A stretch of DNA of 47,929 nucleotides from Mobula hypostoma (lineage: Eukaryota). Below the pieces are notes generated by a model. The model searched no databases. It worked only from the letters and a program-made list of their open reading frames with translations, and had not been told where the DNA came from. Shown piece after piece: positions 37,575-47,929 of the stretch. Position numbers and translations under genes: made by a program. Location: positions 50,484,072 to 50,532,000 of the forward strand of contig NC_086114.1 of the NCBI RefSeq assembly GCF_963921235.1, read 5' to 3'. Position 1 is the stretch's first letter, and the number at the start of each line of letters is the position of its first letter.

Positions 37575-38110
37575 TTCTGTTGAGGAAATTGGAGGGACGC
37601 CTCGTGTCTGCCTGAGCAGCTTCCAACCGGGCAGCATCAACATCAAATTCTCAAATTTCTAGTAACCGCTTGCCTGTACCTTTTCCCTTTTCACCTCTTC
37701 TGTATCCCTTGATTCACCAGGGACCCATCATCCTGTCTCTTTCCCCTCTCTCCCCTTCTCTATCTGCCCATTACCCACACACTTCTCCTACTGGTTCCCC
37801 TCCCTACATCCCTCCCTGTATTCCATACTCCAATGCCCTCTCCTATTAGATTCCAAATTCTTCAGCCCTTTGTCACTTGCAAGCTTCTGATATCCTTCCC
37901 ACTCTCTTCTCCTCCCTCACTTGGATCCACCTATCACCTGTCTGTTCCAGCTCCACCCCTTTCCTCCACCATTTTGTACTGGCTGTCTCTCCTCTGAAGG
38001 ATCAGGGTCTGGACCTGAGCTATTGATTGTCATTTCCCTTCATAGATGCCTGATACACTAAGTTCCTGCAGCACCTTTGTCTGTTGCTCCAGTTTCTGGT
38101 GACGTTGGTT
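37575..38110 (+). mobile_element. Penelope-like element 3' fragment
   Basis: End of the GIY-YIG ORF (LSSFQPGSINIKFSNF), pyrimidine-rich UTR and terminal repeat. Confidence 0.7.
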
Positions 38111-38154
38111 GTGTTTCCTTTAAACTTGCTGGTGCCTTTGTTCCCACTCTCTCT

Positions 38155-40490
38155 TTAGAAAGATGGGACATAAGATCGGAAGATGTTGAATCCTTGTGGG
38201 TTGAGTTAAGAAATTGTAATGATAAAAGGACGTTGATGGCAGTTATATACAGGCCTCCCAGCAGTGGCTGGGACAGACCACAGGTTATAACAGGAAATAG
38301 AAAAGGCGTGTCAAAAGGGCAATGTTATAGTAGTCATAGGAAATTTTAACATGCAGGTCGATTGGGAAAATCAGGTTGGTAATGGATCTCAAGAGAGTGA
38401 GTTTGTTGAATGCCTTAGAGATGGCTTTTTAGAACAATTTGTCATTGAGCCTACTAGGGGATCAGCTATACTGGATTGGGTGTTATGTAATGAACCAGAG
38501 GTGATTAGGGAGCTCAAGGTAAAAGAACCCTTAGGAACCAGTGATCACAATATAATTGAGTTCAATTTGAAATTTGGTAGGGAGAGGGCCGGCTGGTGAC
38601 GCAAGACATCGGCACCGGACCCGTGAGCGGAGGTTCCCAGGTTCGAAACTAGTCGGGTCCACCCGCGAGTACGCTTTCCATCTGTGCCGGGTTGAGTGTC
38701 GAGATCACAACTCGACCTCATAAAATAAAAAAGCAGGGAAAATACTGCGAAAATGTCTGTGAGGAGTGGCGCGCCACACAGTCTCTCTCTCGCTCAGCGC
38801 CTTGTAAAAGCCATGAAAAAGACGTCATCACGGACGCACGCACAGAGACGCAGACACACACGTACAGACGCGCGTGCACGCACATGCACAGACTTGCATG
38901 CATGCAGGCACACGCTAAAAAAAAGGAAATTTGATAGAAAGTAAAGTCTGATGTAGCAGTATTTCAGTGGAGTAAAGGAAATTAATCGTATGAGAGAGGA
39001 GCTGGTCAAAGTAAATTGGAAGGAGCTGCTGGCAGGGATGTCAGCAGAGCAGCAAAGGTGTGCATTTCTGGGAAAAATGAAGAAGGTACAGTACATGTAT
39101 ATTCCAAAAATGAAGAAGTACTCAAGCAGTAAAATAGTATAACCACGGCTGACGAGGAAAGTCAAAGATCTTGTAAAAGCAAAAGAGAGGGGATACAACA
39201 AAGCAAAAAAGATAGCGGGAAGATAGAGGATTGGGAAGTTTTTGAAAACCTACAGAGAGCAACCAAAAAAATAATTAGAAGGGAAAAGATGAAGTATGAA
39301 AGCAAGCTAGCAAATAATATCAAAGTGGATGGCAAAAGTTTTTTCAAGTATGTTAAAAATAAAAGAGAAATGAGAGTGGATATAGGACCGCTAGAGAATG
39401 AGGCAGGAGAAATAATAACGGGGAACAAGGAGATGGCTGATGAACTAAATAAGTAATTTGCATCAATCTTCACTGTGGAAGACACTAGCAGTATGCCTGG
39501 TGTTGTGGTATGTGAAGGAAGAGAAGTAAGTGTAGTTACTGTTACAAGAGAGAAGGTGCTCAAAAAGCTGAAAGACCTAAAGGTACATAAGTCACCTGGA
39601 CCAGATGAACTGCACCCTAGGGTTCTGAAAGAGGTAGCATTAGAGATTGTGGTGGCATTAGAAATGATCTTTCAAAAATCATTAGACTCTGGCATTGTGC
39701 CAAAGGACTGGAAAATTGCAAATGTCACTCCACTCTTTAAGAAAGGAGGAAGGCAGCAGAAAGAAAATTATAGACCAGTTAGCCTGACCTCAATGGTTGG
39801 GAAGATGTTAGAGTCAATTGTTAAGGATGAGGTGATGGAGTACTTGGTGACACAGGACAAGATAGTACAAAGTGAGTTTATACATGTTCAAACCTGTTTA
39901 AATTCTTTGAGGAGATTACAAGTAGGATAGATAAAGGGGATGCAGTAGATGTTGTATATTTGGACTTTCAGAAAGCCTCTGACAAGCTGCCACATTTGAG
40001 GCTGCTTACCATGTTAAGAGCCCGTGGTATTACAGGAAAGTTACTAGCATGGGTAGAGCATTGGCTGATTGGTAGGAGGCAGCGAGCGGGACCACTTCTT
40101 TTTTGCTGTATATAAATGATTTAGATGATGGAATAAATGGCTTTGTTGCCAAGTTTGCAGATGATACAAAGATTGGTGGAGAGGCAGGCAGTGTTGAGGA
40201 AACAGGTAAGATGCAGAAGGACTTAGACAGATTAGGAGAATGGGTAAGAAAGTGGTAAATGAAATACAGTGTTGGAAAATGCATGATCATGCACTTTGGT
40301 TGAAGAAATAAATGTGCAGACTATTTTCTAAATGGGGAGAAAATCCAAAATTCTGAGATGCAAAGCCATGTTAGCATTCATTTCAAGAGGTCTAGAATAC
40401 AAGAGCAAGGATGTGATGCTGAGGCTTTATAAGGCACTGGTGAGGCCTCACCTTGAGTATTGTGAACAGTTTTGGGCCCATAAACCTTGC
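38155..40490 (+). mobile_element. Decayed CR1 LINE (EN + RT), split by a SINE
   Basis: ESLWVEL, IYRPP, EPTRGSAILD, SDHN, KSPGPDELHPRVL, NYRPVSLT and KFADDTK motifs. Confidence 0.93.
38586..38924 (+). mobile_element. Young tRNA-derived SINE with A-tail
   Basis: A-box-like tggtgacgcaag, B-box ggttcgaaac, CpG-rich body, (CA/CG)-rich 3' part, A8 tail. Flanked by gaaatttg(g/a)tag at 38569 and 38926. Confidence 0.85.
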
Positions 40491-40509
40491 CTATCCATGT
40501 TCCTATCAC

Positions 40510-41930
40510 AAACATGAGAAAATCAGCAGATGCTGGAAATCCAAGCAACACACACAACATGCTGGAGGAACTCAGCAGGCCAGGCAGCATCTATGGAAAA
40601 AAGTACAGTTGATGTATCGGGCTGAGACCCTTCACCAGGACTGGAGAAAAAAAGATGAGGAGTAGATTTAAAAGGTGCGGGGAGGGGAGAGAGATACCTA
40701 AGGTGGATAGGTGAAACCGGGAGGGTGAAGGGTGAAGTAAAGAGCTGTGAAGTTGATTGGTGAAAGAGATACAGGGCAGCAGAAGGGGGAGTCTGATAGG
40801 AGAGGACAGAAGGCCGTGGAAGAAAGAAAGTGGGGAAAGAAAGAGGGAGGTGATGGGCAAGCAAGGAGATAAGGTGAGAGAGGGAAAAGGGGGTGGAGAA
40901 TGGTGAAGGGGGGGCCATTCGCGTAAGTTCGAGGAATCAGTGTTCATGCCATCAGGTTGGAAACTACCCAAATGCAATATAAGGTGTTGTTCCTCCAACC
41001 TGAGTGTGACCTCATCGTGACAGTAAAGGCAGCCATGGAGTGACATATTGGAATGGGAATGGGAAGTGGAATTAAAATAGGTGGCCAGTGGGAGATCCCG
41101 CTCTTTCTGGTAGACAGAGCATAGGTGCTCGGTGAAGCGGTCTCCCATTCTACGTCGGGTCTCACAGATATACAGGAGGCCACAACAGGAGCACTGGATA
41201 CAGTACCTGACCCCAACAGACTCACAGGTACAGTGTCGCCTCACCTAGAAGGACAGTTTGGGGCCCTGAATGGTAGTGAGGGAGGAGGTGTAGAGGCAGG
41301 TGTAGCACTTGTTCCACTTGCAAGGATAAGTGCCAGGAGGGAGATCAGTGGGGCGGGACAAATGGACAAGGGAGTCGTGTAGGGAGTGATCCCTACGGAA
41401 AGCAGAAGGTGGGGGTGCTGATGGAAAGATGTGCTTGGTGGTGGGATCCCATTGGAGATGGCGGAAGTTCCGGCGAATTATGTGCTGGTAGGGTGGTAGG
41501 TGAGGACAAGTGGAAAGGAGGATGTGATAAGGGCCGACATACGCGAAATGGAACAGATGCAGTTGAGGGCAGCATTGATGGTGGAGGAAGGGAATCCCCT
41601 TTCTTTGAAAAAGGAGGACATATCCTTTATTCTAGAATGAAAAGCCTGTTCCTAAGAGCAGATGTGGCAGAGACAGAGGAATTGATGGAAGGGGAGTGTG
41701 TTTTTACAAGTCAAAGGGTGAGAAGAGGCATAGTCCAGGTAGCTGTGAGAGTCCGTGGGTTTATAATAGACATCAGTAGATCAGCTGTCTCCAGAGATAC
41801 AAACAGTGAGATCGAGAAAGGGGAGGGAGGTGTCAGAAATGGACCGGGTAAATTTGAGGGCAGGGTGGAAGTTGGAGGCAAAGTTGATAAGTCAATGAGC
41901 TTAGCTTGGGTGCAGGAAGCACCTATCTGA
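40510..41930 (-). mobile_element. Penelope-like retroelement, 5'-truncated (RT C-terminus + GIY-YIG endonuclease + terminal repeat)
   Basis: Minus ORF GVRYCIQCSCCGLLYICETRRRMGDRFTEH...EEQHLILHLGSFQPDGMN (GIY-YIG with CxxC). Upstream RT remnant YKPTDSHSYLDY. Confidence 0.9.
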
Positions 41931-42240
41931 GTACCTTTTAAATCACTTCCTTCTCCCCTTAAGACGAAACTCTGAAAAAATAAAGATTGCACATTTTATG
42001 CACCGCTATAAGATCACCCATTCTCCTGTGCTGCAATTTAAAAATCAGAATTCCCAACCTGCTGAACCTCTCTCAGTCCCTCAAGTAGCGTCAACGTTCT
42101 CATAAATCTCCCCTGCACTTTTTCAAGCTTAATCTTCTGAAATTCCAAGCACAGCCTCAATGGAATCCAATTCCATCTTGTGATGAATCACTGGAATTCT
42201 CTATTCCAGCATTTTCAAATACCAAATCACATAAGATTTA

Positions 42241-43600
42241 CAGTGCCTATTAAAAGTATTCAACCCCCTTGGAAGTATTTATGTTTTATTGTTTTACAAC
42301 TTTGAATCACAGTGGACTTAATTTTAAATATAAGACACAAAATAATTGACTGCATAAGTATTCACCCCCTTTGACATGAAACATCAAATCATCACTGGTG
42401 CAGCCAGTTGGTTTTGGAAGTCATATAATTAGTTAAATGGAGATCACCGTGTGCAGTCAAGGTGTTTCAATTGATTATAGTAAAAATACACCTGTATCCG
42501 GAAGGTCCAACTACTTGTGAGTTAGTATCCTGGCAAAAACTACACCACGGAGACAAAAGAACACTCCAAGCAACTCCGTGAAAAGGTTATCGAAAAGCAC
42601 AAGTTAGGAGATGGATCCAAGAAAATTTCCAAGTCATATCCCTTGGAGTACAGTTAAGTCAATCATCAAGAAATGGAAAGAATATGACACAGTTGTAAAT
42701 CTGGAGCAGGCCGTCCTCAAAAATGGAGTGACCGTGCAAGAAGGGGACTAGTGAAGGCATTAAGAGACCTGTGACAACTCTAGAGGAGTTACAAGCTTCA
42801 GTGGCTGAGATGGGAGAGACTGTGCATACGACAACTGTTCCCTGGGTGCTTCACCAGTCACGGCTTTATGGGAGAATGGCAAAGAGAAAACCACTGTTGA
42901 AAAACAACTGTCATGAAATCTCAGCTGGTGTTTACCAGAAGGCATGTGGGATACTCTTAAGTCAGCTGAAAGAAGGTTCTATGGTCAGATGAAACCAAAG
43001 TTGAGCTTTTTGGCCATCAGACTAAATCAAAAATACACCATCCCTAGAGTGAAGCACAGTGGTGGCTATGTCATGTGGGAATGCTTCACTGCAGCAGGCC
43101 CTGGAAGGCTTATGAAGGTAGAGGGTAAAATGAATGCAGCAAAATACAGGGAAAACTTGATGCAGTCTGCAAGAGAACTGCGACTTGGGAAAAGGTTTGC
43201 TTTTCAGCAAGACAATAACCTCCAAGCATAAAGCCAAAGCTGCACAGGAATGGCTTAAAAACAACAAAGTTAGTGCCTTGGAGTGGCCAAGTCAGGGTGC
43301 GGACCTCAATCTAATTGAGAATTGTGGCTGGACTTGAAAAGGGCTGTTCCCCATACAATTGTGTGACAGAGTTTGAGCAGTTTAGTAGAGAAGAACAGGA
43401 AAAATTGCAGTGTCCAGATGTGCAAAGCTGATGGAGACCTATCCACATAGACTCAAGGCTGTAGTTACTGCCAAAGGTGCATCTACTAAATACTGACTTG
43501 AAAGGGGTGAATATTTTGTATTTTATTTTTGTAATGAATTTAGATCACTTTACAGAGATCTGTTTTCACTTTGACTCGAAAGAGTCTTTTTCTGTTGATC
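42241..43600 (+). mobile_element. Decayed Tc1-family transposon (IR/DR type), right end missing
   Basis: TA+cagtgcctattaaaagtattcaacccc, inner DR aagtattcacccc (~42356), inverted DR ggggtgaata (~43504). Transposase remnants TKEHSKQLREKVIEKHK, VKHSGG, FQQDN, LEWPSQ. Confidence 0.9.
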
Positions 43601-44144
43601 AGGCAGAGTTATGCATATCGGATGAGAAATGCAGTTGAGGTTAGTGATCTGATTGGCCGTTATTGAATTGCAGCTAAGACTCAGAGAATTGCACGACCTA
43701 TTCTACCAATATTTTGGCCAAGGGATATGAGTTTTTGACCTCTGGTTCATCATGAGAGCACTGGAACAGTTTAGTGTGTGGGTGTATTTGCTGATGAACT
43801 GGAACCTTTCTTTTAGCATTGCACCATATAAAAATGGTCTTTGTAAGGTGTAGTCTCCAGTGGATGGCTCAAGCCCTCGTTCACAGAAGGTGAGTAAGCA
43901 AAAATGTGGAATTGATGCAGGCAAGTGTGATTCGTAGGGATTGTCATAGTCATAGCATAGACACAGCGGGTCAAAGTGCTATGACTCTATCTGCACAAAG
44001 GGTCGACACATATAGTCAGCCTTATGAAGTGAGGCACGAGTACTGAGGCACTAGAAATCCCGAAATTAAATCTGGAAATACGGAAAACATCTCAGATCTG
44101 CATCTGTGGAGAGAGAGAGGAACCTTAACATTAACCTTAACCCT

Positions 44145-45065
44145 AATATCAGCAAATTCGCAGATGACACAAAGCTGGGTGGCAGTGTGAAATGTGAGGA
44201 GGATGTTATGAGAATGCAGGGTGACTTGGACAGGTTGGGTGAGTGGGCAGATGCATGGCAGATGCTGTTTAATATGGATAAATGTGATGTTATCCATTTT
44301 GGTGGCAAAAACAGGAAGGCGGATTACTATCTGAATGATGTCAAGTTAGGGAAAGGGGAAGTACAACGAGATCTAGGTGTCCTTGTTCATCAGTCACTGA
44401 AAGTAAGCATGCAGGTACAGTGAAGAAAGCTAATGGCATGTTGGCCTTCATAACAAGGGGAGTTGAGTATAGGAGCAAAGAGGTCCTTCTGCAGTTGTAC
44501 AGGGCACTGGTGAGACCGCACCTGGTGATTTGTGTACAGTTTTGGTCTCCAAATTTGAGGAAGGACATTCTAGCTATTGAGGGAGTGCAGCGTAGGTGCA
44601 CGAGGTTAATTCCCGGGATGGTGGGACTACCATGTGAAAGATTGGAGTGACTGGGCTTGTATACACTGGAATTTAGAAGGATGAGAGGAGATCTGATTGA
44701 AACATATAAGATTATTAAGGGATTGGACACGCTAGAGCCAGGATACATGTTCCCGATGTTGGGGGAGTCCAGAACCGGAGGCCACAGTTTAAGAATAAGG
44801 GGTAGGCCATTTAGAATGGAGTTGAGGAAAAACTTTTTCACAGAGACGGTTGTGGTTCTGTGGAACGCTGTGCCTCAGAAGGCAGTGGAGGCCAGTTCTC
44901 TGGATGCTTTCAAGAAAGAGTTAGATTGAGCTCTTAAAAATAGTAGAGTCAAGGGATATGGGGAGAAGGCAGGAATGGGGTATTGATTGTGGATGATCAC
45001 AGTGAATGGCGGTGCTGGCTCGAAGGGCTGAATGGCCGACTCCTGCACCTACTGTCTAGTGTCTA
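44145..45065 (+). mobile_element. CR1 3' fragment, TSD ttaaca
   Basis: ISKFADDTKLGG through the 3' UTR. ttaaca at 44125-44130 and 45066-45071. Confidence 0.94.
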
Positions 45066-45200
45066 TTAACACTTTTTGATGGTGGCCTTTCACCGGCGTT
45101 CCTGACAACAGGGACTCTTTGCGTAAGGAAGAAGAACAATAGAACAGAGCTCCCTCTGTGCCAATGGATCAGTGTAATTATCCGTTTTCCCCAACTGCAG

Positions 45201-45325
45201 GTGGGGAGGGCTACAACTCCAGCCGCTCGAGCGAATCCTCTGCTTTCAGTGCCTGGCTCCGCTGCTACGAAGTGGCGGGAATGCAGACGTTACGTGACGG
45301 CAACGGTAGAACCATCTGGTTTCAG
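45201..45325 (+). CDS. NEIL1: NEIL1 coding exon 5 (GGEGYNSSRSSESSAFSAWLRCYEVAGMQTLRDGNGRTIWFQ), lesion-recognition loop and zincless finger
   Basis: ctgcag acceptor, gtaatt donor, 125 nt. WLRCY and GRTIWFQ motifs. Confidence 0.97.
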
Positions 45326-46459
45326 GTAATTGGAGCTGCTCTCTACTATTCTATACTGCTGTTGGAAGACCGCTAAATTGCTCCATAGTACAATAATTTG
45401 GACTACTGTATTAAGAGTTGTAGATAGAACCTGGCAGCGCTTCCATTCCTGAGTCCACACTGTCCCTCAAGCACCCATTTACACAAATCCTACTTTAGTC
45501 CGTTTTATTCTTGATCCAATAATCTACCTCGTCATGATCAGGCACCTTATTGTTTTCCTGCACTGCACTTTCTCTGTACTCTTTATTCTGCGTCGTTACT
45601 GTTTTACCTTGTTCTACCTCGGTACACTGTGTAATGATCTGATCATTATGAACAGTATGCAAGACAAGCTTTCCACTGTATCTCTGTTCTTGAGACAGTA
45701 ATAAACCAATTCCAATTCCAGTCTCCGAGCAAGCAGCTTGTGTTATCCTAAAGGAGGGACACAAGATCTGCTGATGTTTAAAGGAGTTTAACTTAGACTT
45801 CAAATCCTGATTCTGATTTATTTATCACATGTACATCAAAACATACAGTGAACTGCATTATTTGCATTAATAACCAACACAATCTAAGGATGTGCTGGGG
45901 CAGCCCGCAAGTGTTGTCACAAATTCCAGTGCTGATGTGGCATGCCCTTGATGCTTGCCAGAAAGCAGAATACAACAAAACAACACCAGCAAAACAAACC
46001 CTTTTCCTGCCTCCCACCCACCCACTCGCCCAGCCACACACACAACAGGCCTCTAGCCTCCAGTTTCCAGGCTTTGGCTAGTGAACTTCCACTTCTGGAC
46101 TACTGATAGACCATCAAGCTCCTTTCTTCTGTATTGGCCCCCCGGACGAGCTGGTGACAGGATCGGAACTCTAGGTGGCCAGTCTGTCTGCCCATCGTGC
46201 CTCCTGCTCGTTTAGCGTTCAAGCGCAGAGCTGAAGCTTGGATATTAGATGTCGTTTTTCACCCGTCCACATCTTTGCACTTTGAACAAGAATGCAATGT
46301 GGAGGTCTGATCTCTAACTGCTCCACAGACCTGTCCCTAAACCCTAACCTAGCCTCTGATTCCCCTCTCTGACCCCAAAACCAACCCTATGAACTTAATT
46401 CAAGTTTTCCCTGGAATTTAACGGAGAAAGAGTTTAACTCCCCTTCAGTTTTCCACTCT

Positions 46460-46870
46460 CCCCTCCTCTCATTTTCCATTCTCTATTCTGATTACCCTCT
46501 CACCCCTTCTCCTCCCCCACCCTCATGAACTGTCCATCATCTCCCTTGTTTCTCCACCTCCTTCCATACTGTCCTCTCCTATCAGATTCCTTCTTCCTCA
46601 GCCCTTGCCTTTTCCACCTATCACCTCCCAGCTCCTTACTTCATTACCCCACTTCATCCCCTGGTCTCACCTATCACTTGCCAACTTGTACTCCTTCCCC
46701 TACCCCATCTTCTTATTCTGGTTTCTGCCCCCTTCTTTCCGGAAGTGACGAAGGGTCTCAGCCCAATATGTCAGCTGTTTACTCTTTTCCATAGAGGCTG
46801 CCTGAGTTCTTCCAGAATTTTGTGCGTGTTGCTCTGGATTTCCAGCATCTCCAGAATCTCATGTGTTTAT
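46460..46870 (+). mobile_element. Penelope-derived terminal repeat fragment
   Basis: Reverse-complement similarity to 40510-40920. Confidence 0.7.
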
Positions 46871-47550
46871 GATTTACAGATTGGTAGATTAATTGGCTGT
46901 TGTAAATTGCTTTTAGTTTTTGGTGGGAAGGAGGGGAGAATTAACAAGGATTCTGGGAAAAATTAATGGGGGAATGGGATTGCTGTATGAGCCCGATGTG
47001 GGTCAAAATGGCTGCCTTTAGTGTTGTAAGGAAATATACAGTACTATATGGTATATGGCGGTTGTCCATCGTATCTGACGATGACAGGAAATCTGTGTGG
47101 GAGAGTTTTTAAAGTGGAAAAGCCATTGCACTGGAGCAGTTCCACTATCTCAACCTCAGAAGTCTGGGTCCAGTGGTACAACCGAGAGTCACAAACTGGA
47201 GTCTTCCTTGGTTGTAGTGGATGACCATGACATTGTCTGTGCTTTGTCATGCCCTTTGCTTTCCCCGGAGCGTTGCAGTACCACCTTCCTATCCATTGGA
47301 TCTCATCCGCCCAGTCCACTGGAACTGACTTTGCATGCTAGGACAGGTGAAGGATTAACATAAGTGGCTGGTTGATGGTTAGTGTGGACTCAGTCGGCCA
47401 AAGGCCCTGTTTCGGTACTGATCACTCTCCCTCTTTATAATTAAACCCATGGAGTCAGTCATCACCATTTGAACCTCCACTACAACTCCCTCAAGATGAA
47501 TATACTCTTCGTCCTTGCTCTTCCTAGTTGTCTGTTTGGTTTTATTCCAG

Positions 47551-47578
47551 GGTAACCCAGGACCACTGGCTCCAAAAG
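47551..47578 (+). CDS. NEIL1: NEIL1 coding exon 6, 28-nt micro-exon (GNPGPLAPK)
   Basis: ttccag acceptor, gtgagt donor. Matches human GDPGPLAPK. Confidence 0.95.
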
Positions 47579-47745
47579 GTGAGTATGATTTTAATTATTT
47601 GCCGTTGTGTTTTACACCATTGCTATTTGAATTAAGAAGTTTACGCATTAGGTGTTTTGAGCTGACTTCTGAACTATAAATGGACGATATTTTGGGCTGT
47701 GCAATTCTAATCTATTCCACAAACCAATTTTTCTACTGCTGAAAG

Positions 47746-47822
47746 GATCCAAAGTTCGCAAAGCCAAGTCTCGGAGAAAAGGGACAGTGGATGAGAATGT
47801 AAACCAATCAGAAACACCTGAG
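47746..47822 (+). CDS. NEIL1: NEIL1 coding exon 7, basic disordered C-terminal region (GSKVRKAKSRRKGTVDENVNQSETPE)
   Basis: aaag acceptor, gtgagt donor. In frame with the previous exon and K/R-rich like the human tail. Confidence 0.85.
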
Positions 47823-47929
47823 GTGAGTGAAAATATCTATTTGCTACATGGTGGAAACTCTCAATCATCGGCCTGCAACCTTTCTCCGCAGGTGCTGCCT
47901 GACCTGCTGAGTGTTTCCAGCGGATTGTT

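Larger units (their letters stand above)
31250..47822 (+). other. NEIL1: NEIL1 gene span (seven coding exons; 3' part lies beyond the window)
   Basis: Coding segments of 473+120+64+100+125+28+77 nt splice in frame. Catalytic N-terminal PE, K54, GMSG, RRFG, H2TH (NGIGNYLRAEIL) and zincless-finger (DGNGRTIWF) motifs are present. Confidence 0.98.

Noticed and set aside
38586-38660. tRNA gene
   Set aside because: A and B boxes are present but I see no clean cloverleaf, and it continues into a SINE body with A-tail and TSD.
42560-43490. Active Tc1 transposase
   Set aside because: Multiple frameshifts and deletions, a mutated SPDLNPIE motif, and no right terminus.
47046-47350. Repeat-like ~300-bp block in a NEIL1 intron
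   Set aside because: It looks like an interspersed repeat, but I could not assign ends, a TSD or a family from this window alone.

Overview
Vertebrate nuclear DNA, not prokaryotic. The repeat landscape (abundant CR1, Rex1/Babar, Penelope-like, Tc1, tRNA-SINEs) suggests a cartilaginous fish; this is an inference. Two intron-containing genes lie in tandem on the + strand, in the same order as in human. COMMD4 has coding exons 2-8 at 981-12429, giving 199 aa once the missing ATG-only first exon is added. NEIL1 starts at ATG 31250, has seven coding exons to 47822 and continues past the window end. Most of the remainder is decayed, often nested transposons, several with readable target-site duplications (TSDs). 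I found no convincing new multi-gene system. The best leads are: (1) NEIL1 encodes Glu at the lesion-recognition-loop position that is Lys242 (recoded to Arg by ADAR) in human; (2) a ~680-bp inverted CR1 pair in the NEIL1 pre-mRNA brackets two exons and ends ~135 nt before the exon carrying that codon; (3) relic minimal hammerhead-ribozyme motifs in Penelope-derived repeats; (4) a CR1-derived ACCATG|GTAAGT that could act as a first coding exon for COMMD4; (5) a young 861-bp solo LTR. Exon boundaries were read base by base. Transposon boundaries are approximate unless a TSD is quoted, and percent identities are estimates by eye.
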